Assembly: GCF_009834535.1 (NCBI RefSeq)
Contig: NC_045696.1
Span: forward strand, 35,714,001-35,778,000
Length of the DNA: 64,000 nucleotides
DNA from: Camelus ferus
Taxonomy: Eukaryota
Reading direction: 5' to 3'
In this document: positions 13,991-27,179 of the stretch, in pieces
How the letters are laid out: each line of letters starts with the position of its first letter
Numbering within the stretch: the first letter of the stretch is position 1
Made by a program: the position numbers and the translations under genes
Notes under the pieces: model-generated
Database searches by the model: none
The model's input: the letters and a program-made list of their open reading frames with translations, nothing else
What the model was told of the DNA's origin: nothing

Positions 13991-15154
13991 TTCAGTCTCT
14001 GTTATATTGTCCATGGAACACTGAGTTTACAAAGGAAAAGAGCAAAAGCGAAAGTGCAACCAAGTAAAAGAAACAAAAAGTGTAATCTGATTGTTTGTTT
14101 TCAGACAGAATAGAGAATGATGGCCTTCATTCTTGATTGCATCTAACTTGACCTTGAATTATGTACCCCTCCATTTTTGCCCCGTCTTTACACTAGCCCT
14201 GTACTACGCTTGATCAGCCATGTATTTATTACTAGATCCCCAGTGGCTGGAAATAGCACCTGGTGCATAGTAGGTATCAGTAAATATTTACAGAATAAAT
14301 AAATTGCATTTTGAATCTGCGAAACTAATATTTTTAACACACCAACTGAATTAAGACAAGCCTTGAAATTGAACCACCCAGACTGTCTGTTAGCTAAACA
14401 TGATTTGAATCACTTTGGTGTTGCTTTATTACTGTCACTCTTTGGGAATCTATTAATGGTATATGTTAATGTGTCAAACATCCTGGACAAACAGTAAAAA
14501 TGAAACTGAAAAATGTCAGATTTTTTCTGGCTACAGTACAATTAAATAGTTGTGTTAAACATGAAACATATTTTGCCTGACACAGGAGAACGCTGGCCTG
14601 CCCACTCTCTTACACTATGCAAATGTTAAATAAATATTAAAGAACCAAAAGTAACTAGGTGGTATGCCATTTACTTCCTTTTAATCTATTGTTATCTTGG
14701 GGTCCACTGTGTAGCTATTCAGAGTTTTACTCAATATCTTGTAGTATATAAGCTGTACTTAAAAAATGCCCTTGAGTATATCTTGTTTTTGTATGTAGTT
14801 TGATAGGCTCTCTGTTACAATTATGCTAGTTGTTTTAAGTAAAATGCTCATGTTATTGATGAAAATAAAATTGAACTCTTTTGAAAGCACGTATCGCAGT
14901 ACTTAAAGTTTATGATAGAACATGTGATGAGTTGGTCTTGATTCAATCACTAGAATAGAGATATAAATTTCCAATAGGACCACTGCATGGGACTCAGACA
15001 CGTTCCACAGGATGTCTGGCCGTGGGGTGAACGGAGGGGCGAAGTGTGTGTTCTCTCTTTCACTGGGGGAATGTTTCTCCCACCAAGGCCCTTAACACTC
15101 ACAGTCTGCTTTTCCCCCCAGGTTGGTGTCCATTAATCTTACCACCTCCTGCCC

Positions 15155-15172
15155 AGCTGAGTCAGCACTTCC
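15155..15172. promoter_or_regulatory. Near-perfect T-MARE/AP-1 site with adjacent ETS core
   Basis: agctgagtcagca (12/13 match to TGCTGA[C/G]TCAGCA) overlapping acttcc (GGAAGT on the - strand). Confidence 0.4.
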
Positions 15173-16194
15173 AGGTTCAGCACTTTGTCTCCACAACAAG
15201 CAAATGGCTCTCTAGTTGTCAGATTTGCCCGGGAGGAACAGCAGCACAGTGGGAAAGGACCAGGCCTCAGACATTTACAGTCCAAGAAGACATTAATAAT
15301 TTTTGCTCAAAATAAACAAACTTCTTTGGCGATTTGTTATCACTTAGATAATCTTAATGGTGAGAAAGATATGACTATTTCTCCAGCAAAAATTAAAACT
15401 TTAATTCCTCAAAAAAGAAACACAAATCAGTAAAGATGTCTGTCCATTATCCTCTTGTAAACTAAACTTTCCCAAACTACATAAGCACCCCTGAGCTTCA
15501 GGTATGTTTCATTCATTCACTTTTTGAATATTTGGGGATACTTATTCTATTTTCTATTAATAACTTATGTATAATGCTCTCGTTTTCCTGGAGGGGGAAA
15601 TGTCAACTGTCTTTAGAATGGTCGTTTTATTTCATGCAGAAATAAAAGATCATTATAAATCACCTGCTGATTCTTGCTAAAGAAACACAAACATTTTTAG
15701 AAAAGTTACAGATTTCTAGATAAGCTAAATTCCAGATATTTCACAGATATGTGCACATATCTGAAAACAACAAAGTTTTTAAGTGCATACTTTTCCTGGA
15801 TTGCCAGATTAGTTGATCCTGGGCTTAAGGCTGGATCCTTTAAAATCTGTGCTACAGTTTTGATTATAAACAACTACTAAATATTAATACATCATATTAC
15901 AGACAGGATAAAGCAACAGAAACATTCAGATGTATGGCGTTTTCTCAGTGCTTGCTGTGTATTTCTCTCTTAAAAGGAGTTCTTTACTGCTTCCATTCTA
16001 TAGTGTTTGATTAAATGGTTCTTAGGGTGAGAAACTTTAAAATCCTTAAGGGCAGATAACATACCTTGTTCACAAATTTATAAAAAACAATGGATCTCAC
16101 ACAAACAAATGTAACAATGTTTCTTGAACTTAGTGATGGGAAAGCCAGCTCTCTGGCTTTCTGGTTGTGAATGCACATAGATTAACTTTAAACC

Positions 16195-16375
16195 CATCCT
16201 CCCCAAACTTCAGTGTGACGGAATTTTGTAAGGTGCTTGTGTCAAACTTATTTTCAGGGGCCTCATATGCAGGTCTTCTTGTTTAGTAGACCTGAGTGTG
16301 GCTTCAGAATCTGAACTGACATCAGGCATCTAATTTTGACACAGGTTTTGTGGAGAATATTTTGAAAAACACTGT
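16195..16375. mobile_element. MER5-type hAT MITE
   Basis: ccccaaacttcagtgtg...tagtagacctgagtgtggcttcagaatctg...ttttgaaaaacactg. Confidence 0.55.
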
Positions 16376-19300
16376 TTTTTAACAATTATACCATGTTGTC
16401 CTCCATGAGTCGATCACTGTATTCTATTAGGAAGCTAATTTTTAGAACAATGCCCTCTTACACTCCCTAAAGCTCCCATGATGTGGTGTATGCCCATGTT
16501 TTTGCCTGGAATAAGGCAGACGGTCTCTGGGAGGGATGCTCAGCTGATTGACAACTGGTAATAGTGGAAGGTCAGCACTAATTACTGTGCCTCATTTGCA
16601 TGAGGCATTTTGAAAGATGGAAACTAAAGTGTCTGTGGCATTTTCTGCCAACAAATTACCTGGCTGACAGGAGGATGTCACTGCCTATCAGTGCTGATAG
16701 TGTGGAACTTGGTACTTGTGCAATTAAGGAAAAGTGAAATACTGCCTCAGTGGGTTACCTTCCTAGAAGTAATTACTACAGGTGTCAACAAGGCTGGAAA
16801 AAGAAGGGAGTCTATTTGCTGTTCTCTGAGTAAAGTTTGTGAAGGATGAAAGAGCTGATTCTGATGATCATCAAAATCTCTATCCCACCTCTCAGTTTAC
16901 TTGTTTGTCCCTGATTGTAAGAGCCTGAGAAAGGCTCAGAAAGCCGGCAGTAATTAAGCAGACCAGAATGAAATCCTTGTTACTTATTCCATGCATTCCT
17001 GAGACATTTCTAATGTTCTGAAATACAATGTTCCTGGGTAGATTTCAAGAGCCAAGAGAAAGGATTAAGGACAGCAGGAATTGTTCGAAAAGAGTCGGAC
17101 AAGAACTTATGGAGAAAACAAAGGCACTGGAGTCCACATTTTCTGGGGCCAGACTATTTGGAGCACCTGGGGTTTGGGCTTATGTATCCATAGAGATTTG
17201 TCCACTTCCTTCACAAATTTGAAACTGCTCTAAGTCTTTCCCCTTGGTTCTCAGGCTGACTACATGCCTCCCACCCAGATAAACCAGCGCCTCCTGATTG
17301 CCATAAATTTTCCTTGTGGCCACAGCCATCCAGTAGCGGTTTGGAGCCCCCTCTTGGAGATGGAACATGTCTGAACACAGGAACTGAGGGCTAGGCTGGT
17401 AAGTTGAGGTCTTTTCATCTGGTTTATGTAGCTCTGAGTTCACCACCATCATCAGCACTGATCGCTTCAGAGTTCTGTCGCTCTGTTCTGTGTTAACCCT
17501 CTCAGACCCCTCTGGCCTCTGGGAGACCTGACCCCTACTTTGAGACACACTGAACTGGAAATAATAACTCCCATATGGGAGAAGAATACTTCAGCCCCGA
17601 GAGCTTATCAAGCTTTGTTTTTTCTATGACTGCCAAGAAAAGGAGTGTGTGTTGGAAGCAATTCTCTCAGCTTATAGCTATTTTGATAGGGGTTCTATAT
17701 TTAATAAAGGTTAAATCCATTGAAACTCTGAGTCAAAGGCACTTTTAATGGCCAACAATTTCACCTACTTTAGAAGCCCTCTCTTCCCACTCTCCCCAGG
17801 TCTCCTCAAAGCGGGAAACGGGTGACATTGCTTTAATAGGCAAACAGCCCTTCCCCCAAAGAATATATTGAATAAGTATTTCCAAGCTGAACTTGTACAT
17901 CACTCTCATGTCTCTCTTCTCCACACAAAAGAAAGCTCTTTTGGTAATTGCGAGACTTAATTAGCCTGTGTTCACACAAAGGCTTCTTTTGTTCACCTAT
18001 CAACAGGCTGCTTTCACTGATGGTTCTCTGACTCTCTGAAGACTATTCTTCTCCGAAGTTTTACACAGACTTCTATTTTCAGCTTCGGAGTCCTATGATA
18101 TAAGTGTTCCTGCATTCCAGCCTCCCGTGTCTTTTTCTCTGCCTCATCCTGATTACAGATAACTCCTGGGCTGATTGCAATCTGATCACCTTCCCGGTCT
18201 GCCAGTTCCCGGTCTTCGGTGGGACAGAAACAGATTTTCAGAACAGCAGTGATGCTGTGGCAATAATGGTCCTCTAGAGAGCTGGTTTCCTACCAGTTCC
18301 ATTCTCCCATCTTTAAGTCAAAGCTATAGCAATAGCAAGGAATGGGGGGAAGCAGGAACACCTGAAAATTACCAGAAAATTTTCTTTTCTAAATCAAAGG
18401 AAACAAAGCACGTCTCGTATCAGTCTATAGATTTTTTTTAATTTAGTCTTTATTAGTTAATTTATAGCAATCACATTCTGGACATCACCTGATATTACTC
18501 TCTCTGCTATTACCTCCTTTCTTTCCAGTGTTTAAGTAAATGCCACTGCAACATTTTGTGACACTTTTTATGTTGATATTTAAAAAGCTTTCTTCCTAGA
18601 GATTGCTGCTTTACTTCCAGGGTAATAAGCTTAAAATTTACATACTTTCAGAGTCTGACATCTGAAGACTCAAATCTATAGAAATCCTGCCACTAACATA
18701 AAAAAAAAAAATTCTTGGAATCCCAGTTGTTAGTGAGGAGTAAGCTCTCACTGCCTGCGATATAATAATCCCTCCAGAAAAGGTTCTTATTATCATGACT
18801 ATTCCCGTCCTGTAGCAAGTGATGCTTATAATTTATATCCTTAAAGCTGAATATTTACAATATTCAAAAGTATGAGTCCCCATATAAAATAGAAAGTTTT
18901 TGAAATCATTAATGGTTTCTGTAAACTTTCTGCTAAATCTATTAAACATAAATATTAGTTTATACTACCAAGACATTTTAATTTGAAGAAGAATGCAAGG
19001 CTCAGAGAAATATATTTTAAAATCATAAACATTTGGTTAAATAAATATGAACTCAGTAATCTGGAGTCGTCATCAAACACTACCACAGTTAATCAGGATA
19101 TTTTTCACCTGCTCCAGAAGAGAACATTGTACTACTCTCCCGAAGTTTGCTAACAGAATACTAGTTTTGACACTTTCATGAGTGTTAGGTTGCATTTGGA
19201 GCTGAATAATATTAAACCAAATATTATGTGTGTATGTTTGAATTTGTGTTTTTCTGCTGTAAGTCTCAGACCTTGACATGCTAGTGTATTGTTCTTTCCA

Positions 19301-22300
19301 AGATGAGCAAATTCGTAAACTTTCCTCCATTAACTGGACAGAGAAACCTCTCTTTGAAGGAGCATCTCAGAAATTAGTGTTTCATGGTTCGCAGTTCATT
19401 CTAATTCTCCATTGTTTTTTCCTTAGATTTTCAAGGCTGTCTTGAACTGCTAGCCATTCAGCAGCAGTTTTATCAAATACCAAAAACAAAACGAAACACA
19501 CTGATTTTAACTCTTCTAACAAAAGAGTTTTTATTATTCTCAGATATTTGTTTAATTTCACTTTACTACCTCAACATTCTTTGTGTACTGCGTGCCCCTA
19601 CGTTTTTCTCTACCACGACAACAAGAACACACTGTACATCTCTTATTTATCATGGATTTGCCTGTATGACCACTTTTTTGAAAGAAGCATGTTTTTCTTC
19701 AGTTCAGAGGGAAGTCATTTCCTTGATTTGCAGATCATTCTGCAGACAGATTTTGTTTGCTGATTACCTTATTTGTACGTACAACTGGCCCCATTTTACA
19801 GCCACCATCTATACTTAACTTCTCCTCTTACAGTCTGGTCTATGCTATCAGCTGTGCTCTATAAAGTTACATAGAGTACACACTCTTCCAGTTTATTGCA
19901 GAGCATACTTATTAAAATAATATTTCAATAGAACATGCAGAATTAAATATTATTTTTATCATCATGAAAATGATAGTCTCAGGAAGAAATAAATCACCCA
20001 CAACTAACAGGAAACAAAGCAGTTACAGTGCTCAGTATTTAGTTCGACATTTTTCTATCCAGGTTAAATCTAGTTTTTAAACAGACCCATCCGTGATGAT
20101 CTGCTCTAAATGTAAACTCCTTAAACTCTCAACTTTGTTGACATCCTCTCCAGTATTTTCAGTAATAGATATTTTTGAATATCAACCCTAAGGGAGAAAA
20201 ACGTGCCGTGTGGTATGGACGGGGAAGACACATCAGTAGTCCTGATCTCAAAAGACCCTCCATACAACTCAACAGTTAAGGCATAAATCCTCTAGAATAT
20301 AATAAACAGTGTAAGGAAGCTTATGATACGTGCAAGAGGAGTAATAACAAGGTGAGAACACTGAGCATAGGGTGATCAGGGGAAGATCATGCTATGTTAA
20401 GCCATCTAAAAAGCAGACTTTAAACATTTTTGGAAAAATAATGAGGGTGGAAGAAGCAATGGGTTTGATTACACACTATATACACATGAGTGACTTCAGG
20501 GCATTTTAAGAGGGAAGATATGAAATCTGCTTTTCTGTTTTTCTGAGTTTGTTAAAGCAGTCATTTGTTTTAAAAAGTAAATGGTTAATAAAATTGTATG
20601 AACATTTAATTGTCTTAATTGAATTTGAGCTCTTTTCGGCATGTCCTTTGCCATTGGTGAGATATAGCACTGCAATTAAATTAGAAGTTTATTTTCCTTT
20701 TCTGTCTTGGAATTGTTTGCAAACAGTTTTTTGTTGTTGTTGTTGTTGTTTTTTAAGTCTGAGAGTTTTTTCACTCCACTGTAAGTCTAAACAAAATGCA
20801 AAAGAACCTTTTTTTCAGTTGTCATTGTTTGCTGTTATAGACTGAGTTGATTTGACATGGTGAAAATACAGTCTTATTACATTACAATTCACTTTAAATA
20901 AGACAAACATACCTGCATTTTAACTTTACTAGGTAATTTAGAGAAAATATTGGGCTTTAATGCTATTTGGAAAACTAAAATACTCAGTAAGAACAGAATA
21001 TACTTTGACTATGTTTGATTGGAGTTACAACAAAATGAAAACCTGATCTTGAGAGTAAAACTGTTATGAGGGGACACTTTTGTCAGGCTGACACTGTCAT
21101 CTGTCCTTCATTTTGTTTCATGAAAATCAGCAAGGTTATTCTTTAAACCTGCCAATGTTGAAAGGCAAATAGTTAAATTTGAAAAATGGTTATTTTACCA
21201 TGGATTTTGAGATCCTTGGTTTTCTGCCCCCTTCTCTCTCTTGTTCATATTCCATGAAAAAGCATTCCAACGACTGGTAACAGTAAACAGATTCTAATTT
21301 AGTTCTAGTTCTTCAAACTCATGTGTATCACACTTTTTTTCTCTGTACCATTTACCTCTCCTAGCTACTTTGGGGGATCACGACCTTTATATTCTCCATT
21401 TTTGCCCATATCGAAACCTGTTCTCGGAATAAATCTGAAAATTTTGTAATGATTTATAGCACTCCTTCCACTAGAGGGTAATTATCCTAAATTAATAACT
21501 TTCAAGTACAGGGGATCAAAGTCAGTTTTTGATTGTAGGACGTTCCCACCATCCATAAAACCGCTCCATACGTACAGTTACTTACCTTTAAGTAAGGCCA
21601 AGCCAGCAAGAGACTCAGAACAAATTTAGACTTTAATTGAATAAAATGTAACCATTACATTACACAGCTCCTGGTTAAGCACTAGTAGAGCACTAAGGCA
21701 ATGTGAAGACACAAAAATTCATTCTAAGCCTAAATATGAGTGTACTTATTAAAGTAACAACAAAATATTAAGTATCCATGAGAAATAAAATATTTTATTG
21801 AAAGTTTCTACAGAATAATTTTAAGATGCAATCCTAAATAATAACTAGTATCAATGAAGACATGTTTCCTTAGACATAAAAATATATTTCAACAGTGCCA
21901 TAAATTCCTAAACATCATTAATTTTCTTGGGAAACACAAAAAGCTCACAAAAACCAAGATACTATTCTGTGGCTGTGTATTTGGTCAAGGCAGGGAAAAA
22001 AGTACTAAAATAATGCAGAATTGGCAATTGTAGCAGTAAAGTATCCAGTGGGATAGGTTGGTGACTACTGATAACAGCATAATATTCTATGTACATATTT
22101 AAAATTTATTAAATACTTTTATACTTGTCATTTCTTGCAAAAATCTTCATTTGACTTAAATAGAGAAAATGTTATCCTTCCCATTTTACTATAAATTTAG
22201 AGCCATTTAGGGCATTAAGAAGAGAGAAGCAATATCAAGTTGAATGAGATTTAATCTTCATCACACAAACTTATCATAATTTTTCAACTTGGAAAAAAAT

Positions 22301-24629
22301 TTAAAATGGCCTCAATCCCAGACCTTGCCTGATATCTGCACTGTGCTATGCATAATTGGCTACTGATTCTCACAATAGTCTTTCTATGAAACTTGTGTGG
22401 TCCTTCCGAGGAAGTCAAAGAGTGAGATAATGACAATAGCACTTACTATAAAAATCCCATTTTTGATCCCTGTGTTTGCTGCCTCCAATTTGTGGTTTGT
22501 TTCCCTTTATTAAGAAAAGCGGTCTGATGTAAAATCACACACTAGACGGTACAGTGTTGGCTCCCCTCTCCTCCAATTTTCCACGGAAACACTGGCCACC
22601 ACACACATTGCTGTCAAATTGTTCTGCTTCTCGTCAGCTGGACACTGACAGGAGAATAGGAGACTGGTCATGCACCAATTAGAAGGACAGACTTTTTTTT
22701 AAGTCCATTCTGAAAACCCTAGGTACCAAATATTAGCTTATGTAAAAGTTATTTAAGGAGAAAGGACAGGGATAGGAGAGTTACAAGATAGAATTTTTAA
22801 TGTCTTTGTATTAGGACATGGAGAGCAATTTGTTTTCAGGATGTCACCAAAGGTTCAAGTGAAACTCTTCCCTAAAGCAGGAAAGGGCTGAACTATGGGT
22901 CCATTTAGAATTGATGGCTTTAGAAAAAAAAAATCCGTATCTATAAAATTCCTCATGTAGATTTGACTAGATAGCTCTTTTTCTGAAATAATTATGGGCT
23001 AATAAAGGTACTAAATTTATAGAAAAGGCATTAATCTGGTTTGACATAAATAATAAACAGTGTAAACCAGTAGTACATTGAAAGTTCCCATAGCAAATTG
23101 ATCTTTTAATATTGTTAGTTATGTATGAAAAGTGCAGTAAGTAGAAATTTTTCTCTGTTTGAATAAATGTTTTGTGCTGAATATTCTTAACATAAACCTA
23201 AGACATTATGCAAAAAGCTTATTTTAAAATATCTTATTTAGGATTATAGAGTATTATGAAAGTGAAAATGGATTAAAAGACTATACAGATGACTAATAGA
23301 GCACATACATTTATTGATTTTGTGTTTATATCACAGGTATATTGGAACATATATACAAGACTACAGGGAGATTATTTGTAAACACCTTTAAAAGCAGCCA
23401 TCTCTTGAGGAGCAAATTGGTAACTTTCAGTTTATCTTTCTTTTATGTAACTCTACTGGGAATTATTTATTTATCAATCATTACAATATGATTTTTAAAA
23501 TCTTTTATTTTTGAAATCTTAGAAAATGGTTGAAACACTGAATAAGCTGAGCTGATTACTGAAGAATTTATAAATTACATAATATCTACAGTGAGAAGAA
23601 AAGAGGCTTATGAGTTCATATTTCAGTGCTGGTTTAAAAGTATTTAAAATTAAATATGATCATGACAGAAAAAAAGAAAAGCACTCCTTCCCTGCCAAAT
23701 AATATCTGAGGAGTGCTGGGAGGATTTGGAGTGTCATGGAATTTCTAATATTTAGAAGGATATTTGGTAGCTAAGATGCTAACGTCAAAATGAACTTAAG
23801 CAAAAAACCTAAATTTTCAAAGATATTTGTTACAATGGGCCATTCATAACACATTTGACGACAGCTTTTAGAAATAATTTAACTGATTACTTTTACTGAA
23901 AATATAAATGGGTCTTCATACAGTTGTTCCTTGTATTAATCTTAGATAAAAACTGAGGATGTAGAATAATTTAGTGAAGTAGGTATACACATTCTTTGTT
24001 ACTCAGCTTGGCACTCAAAAGAATTCTGAACTGATGAGTAATTACATGCTATGTGCTTTAAACTATCTGACAAAGAATCAAAAATCATAATACATTAAGT
24101 AAACTATGAAAATTATCCTTTCTATTTTTGATAGTATATTAAATGAGATGAAAGAAATACTGCAATAATTAATAGTGAAGTAGCTGAGACCCAGCCTACT
24201 GACTTATCACATGAGAAAGTAAAACCCAGGGTGCATTAGGATAGAAGTAACTATAGAGATTTTTTTTTTTAAAGAGCTGTAATTGAAAGATAATTTGACA
24301 TACACACAAAATAAGACAAAGTCCAGTCTGAATTCATGTAGACACTGATGCATTTAAAAATCAAATTAAATGTGTAGTTCTGAAATTTATGGGATATAGC
24401 ATTGTGCACGATTTTATGTTTTCCTAATTTTCAGTGTATAAAAATAATCACATTTAAAACAATAGAAAAGTAGAGAAATATGGGGGGAAAATCTCATGAT
24501 CACACCACACAAACTCTATTAATATTTTAATGTTTGTAGTCAAAACAAATGTAAATTTATGTTAAATGCAAATTTTAATATAGATGTAAAGTTATATTCA
24601 GAGTTTAATAAACGTCTCCTTACTGTTGA

Positions 24630-25000
24630 TATGCAGGTTCTAGTGACACACTCACAACTGAAAAGTTATAAAAGTAAATAAATCTTTTACTAGCTTAAGC
24701 AAGAAAGGAAAACAATTGGAAAGCATAACTTGACTGGAGTTGCAGGCAACTGGTTCTAGGGGCTCATCAAGTCTCCGTCTCCTTCTCTCTGCCATTCGGC
24801 CGCACTTCTCTACGCGTGCCAGTTCCATTCAGCTGTCAGTAAAGTGCCACGATGGCTGCGGACATGCTGAGCATTACATCTCCCCGAATAAGCCACCCTG
24901 ATGGAGAGAGGACTTCTCTATCCAAAGCCCATACGTCAGATCAGGAAAGAACTTCCTGCCCCAGTAAGACATGCCTCCCTGTATTGTTTGCCTGTGTCTC
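24630..25000 (-). mobile_element. Old MaLR LTR (MLT1J/K-like)
   Basis: tagcttaagcaagaaagg...aattgg...cataact; gatggctgc...gcattacatc. Confidence 0.45.
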
Positions 25001-25199
25001 TAATCTTGGGGGCAGCGGTTTGTGCTGTGTCCTCCCCTCTCTTATGGATCCAGGAAGAGCTGGTTTTTCAGTCTGTTTAGCTTTTTACTACTTGTTTGGA
25101 TGGAGTAGTGACTTCCAAACTCCTTACATTCAACCAGAAACCAGAAGTCTGTGAGAAGATCTTTAAACTAAATATTAGTTTACAAATAGCTCCAGGGTC

Positions 25200-25623
25200 A
25201 TTCAGGTTATTTCTTTACGAGTGAACTTTGGTCGTTTATCTTTTAAGGACTCTGTCCATTTCATGTAAATGGATTTAAAAGCATAAAGTTGTTTATAATA
25301 TTCTCTTATCTTAGTTCTAACTTGCCTAGGCTTCAATGGCCTCTCTTTCATTACAGGTGTTAGTAATTTGCTTCTCTCTTTTTTTCTTGCATAGTCAGGC
25401 TAGAGATTTATCAATTTTATCAATCTTTTCAAGGAACCATCTTTTAATTTTATTGCTATTTTAAATTTATTTTGCTTGTATGATAATTGTCTCATTTCTT
25501 CAGCTTACTTTGAGTTAATTTACTCTTTTTATATCTTTTTCTTAAAAGGGGATTTTATATCATTGACTTGAGATAATTCTGCTTTTCTATTATTAGTGTT
25601 ATTGCTATAAATTTGCTTTTAAG

Positions 25624-25668
<45 letters not shown>

Positions 25669-26600
25669 ATATCTATGTATATGTTTTATTTTCATTCAGT
25701 ACAAAATATTTTCAAATTTTACTTCTTTATTAACCCATGGGATATATAAGTGTGCTGTTTTATTTACAAATATTGGAGAATATTTCAGATATCTTGGTTC
25801 TTGATTTCTACTTTAATTACACTTCAGTTGGTGAAGTTACTTTGTTAGATTTAAATTGTTTTAATTTGTTGAGACTTAGTATTTTTCAGTCCAGAATATG
25901 TCTCACCATTGTGAAGTTTCCACAATCAGAATACCCACTATGTTTAGGTAACTATGGAATATTCACTGCTAAATCATATTCTGGGCCAAAGCTTCTTGGC
26001 TGTTAGTTTTAGGGTTGGGTCAGTCATGCTCAGAGTTGAGCTGGGTTTGAGGTTTTGTTGTTGTTGTTGTTGTTGTTATGGTTACCTTCAGTTCATAATT
26101 GGCTTCAAAATTCTCTAGAATTTCTTATTCTTGCATGCTTGGCCATAAAGTTTCTCTCAAAGTCGACTTCACTCCCAGCTTTAGGTCTTCCTTGTGTGTG
26201 TGTGCCTTATTGAAGGTCTGCCTATTTCTTGTCTTTCCCTAAGTGACTGACTGCTGGGGCTTGATACTTAATGCTTGCTACCCTCTGGTGAGAGTCAGGG
26301 GGTTTTCTGTTGTCCTCCTCCAGCCTCAATATTAGGCAAGCCTTGTGTCCCTGGGTCTCAGAGGTTTAAACTATTCTCACTGAACGGTTGAGGATAATTC
26401 ATCAATGAGTTTATTGCTCCCCAAATATTTGGAAGTCTATATAAAGTAGCTGCCTAAAATTTCATTGATCAGTTGAATTCAGAAAAGTAATGACTTTATA
26501 AATTATAATGACTTTTCCTTTTGTTAAAATGGGAGTTACATTATTTCCAGGTTTTTACATATTAAGCTAAAGCCAGGAGTCTATCCCTGCCTTTTAAATT
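25200..26600 (-). mobile_element. Old L1 fragments (ORF2 N-terminal part and L1MD/ME-like 5' region)
   Basis: tagtcaggctagagatttatcaattttat...cttttcaaggaacca (antisense L1 ORF2); gagttgagctgggtttgaggttttgttg...ggttaccttcag (L1M 5' region). Confidence 0.65.
25630..25666. repeat. (TA)n microsatellite
   Basis: Perfect TA run followed by caca. Confidence 0.95.
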
Positions 26601-27179
26601 AAAAATCATACTTCTATATATATTCCTCTGAGTGGAATATATATTCCACTTGAGCACATATCATCAATTATTATGTAAAACATAACTGCAATTATTTTTA
26701 AGTTAAGGAATCATTGTATTTTTTAAAATTTAATCCCTGTTAATAGTACAAAACTTAGATACCATTTTTTTCTTATTTTCATTTCTGATAGTATGTATAC
26801 ATTTTGTTATTAATTTCTAATTTTATTACATTATAATCAGAGGCTGTGATACGTAAAAATATCTGCTATTTGACTCAGAATATTACCAATTTTTTAATGC
26901 TCTTTTACTAATTAATGAAAATTTGGATGCTCAAAGAAATTGATTTTCAAATGGCATTGAGAAGTTAACTGAAATTCAATATTCAATATTCAGAAATAGC
27001 GCTAAAATTAATTATTACTATTATATTCAAGTCTAGCTGCAAGTCACAGTAAGCATTGAGGTTTGTGGACAAAAAAATTATTTTATTCTAGAATACAGAA
27101 TGATCATGTACTAATGTGACCTATATTCACAAATCTGTAATATAAATTGCACATACTGTTGGTTATGATTGAAGCCACT

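Noticed and set aside
17180..17548. 122-aa - strand ORF and a + strand cag...GTAAGT exon-like segment
   Set aside because: Non-ATG start, no homology that I recognise, and an in-frame stop in the + strand frame I translated; possibly an old unclassified LTR remnant.
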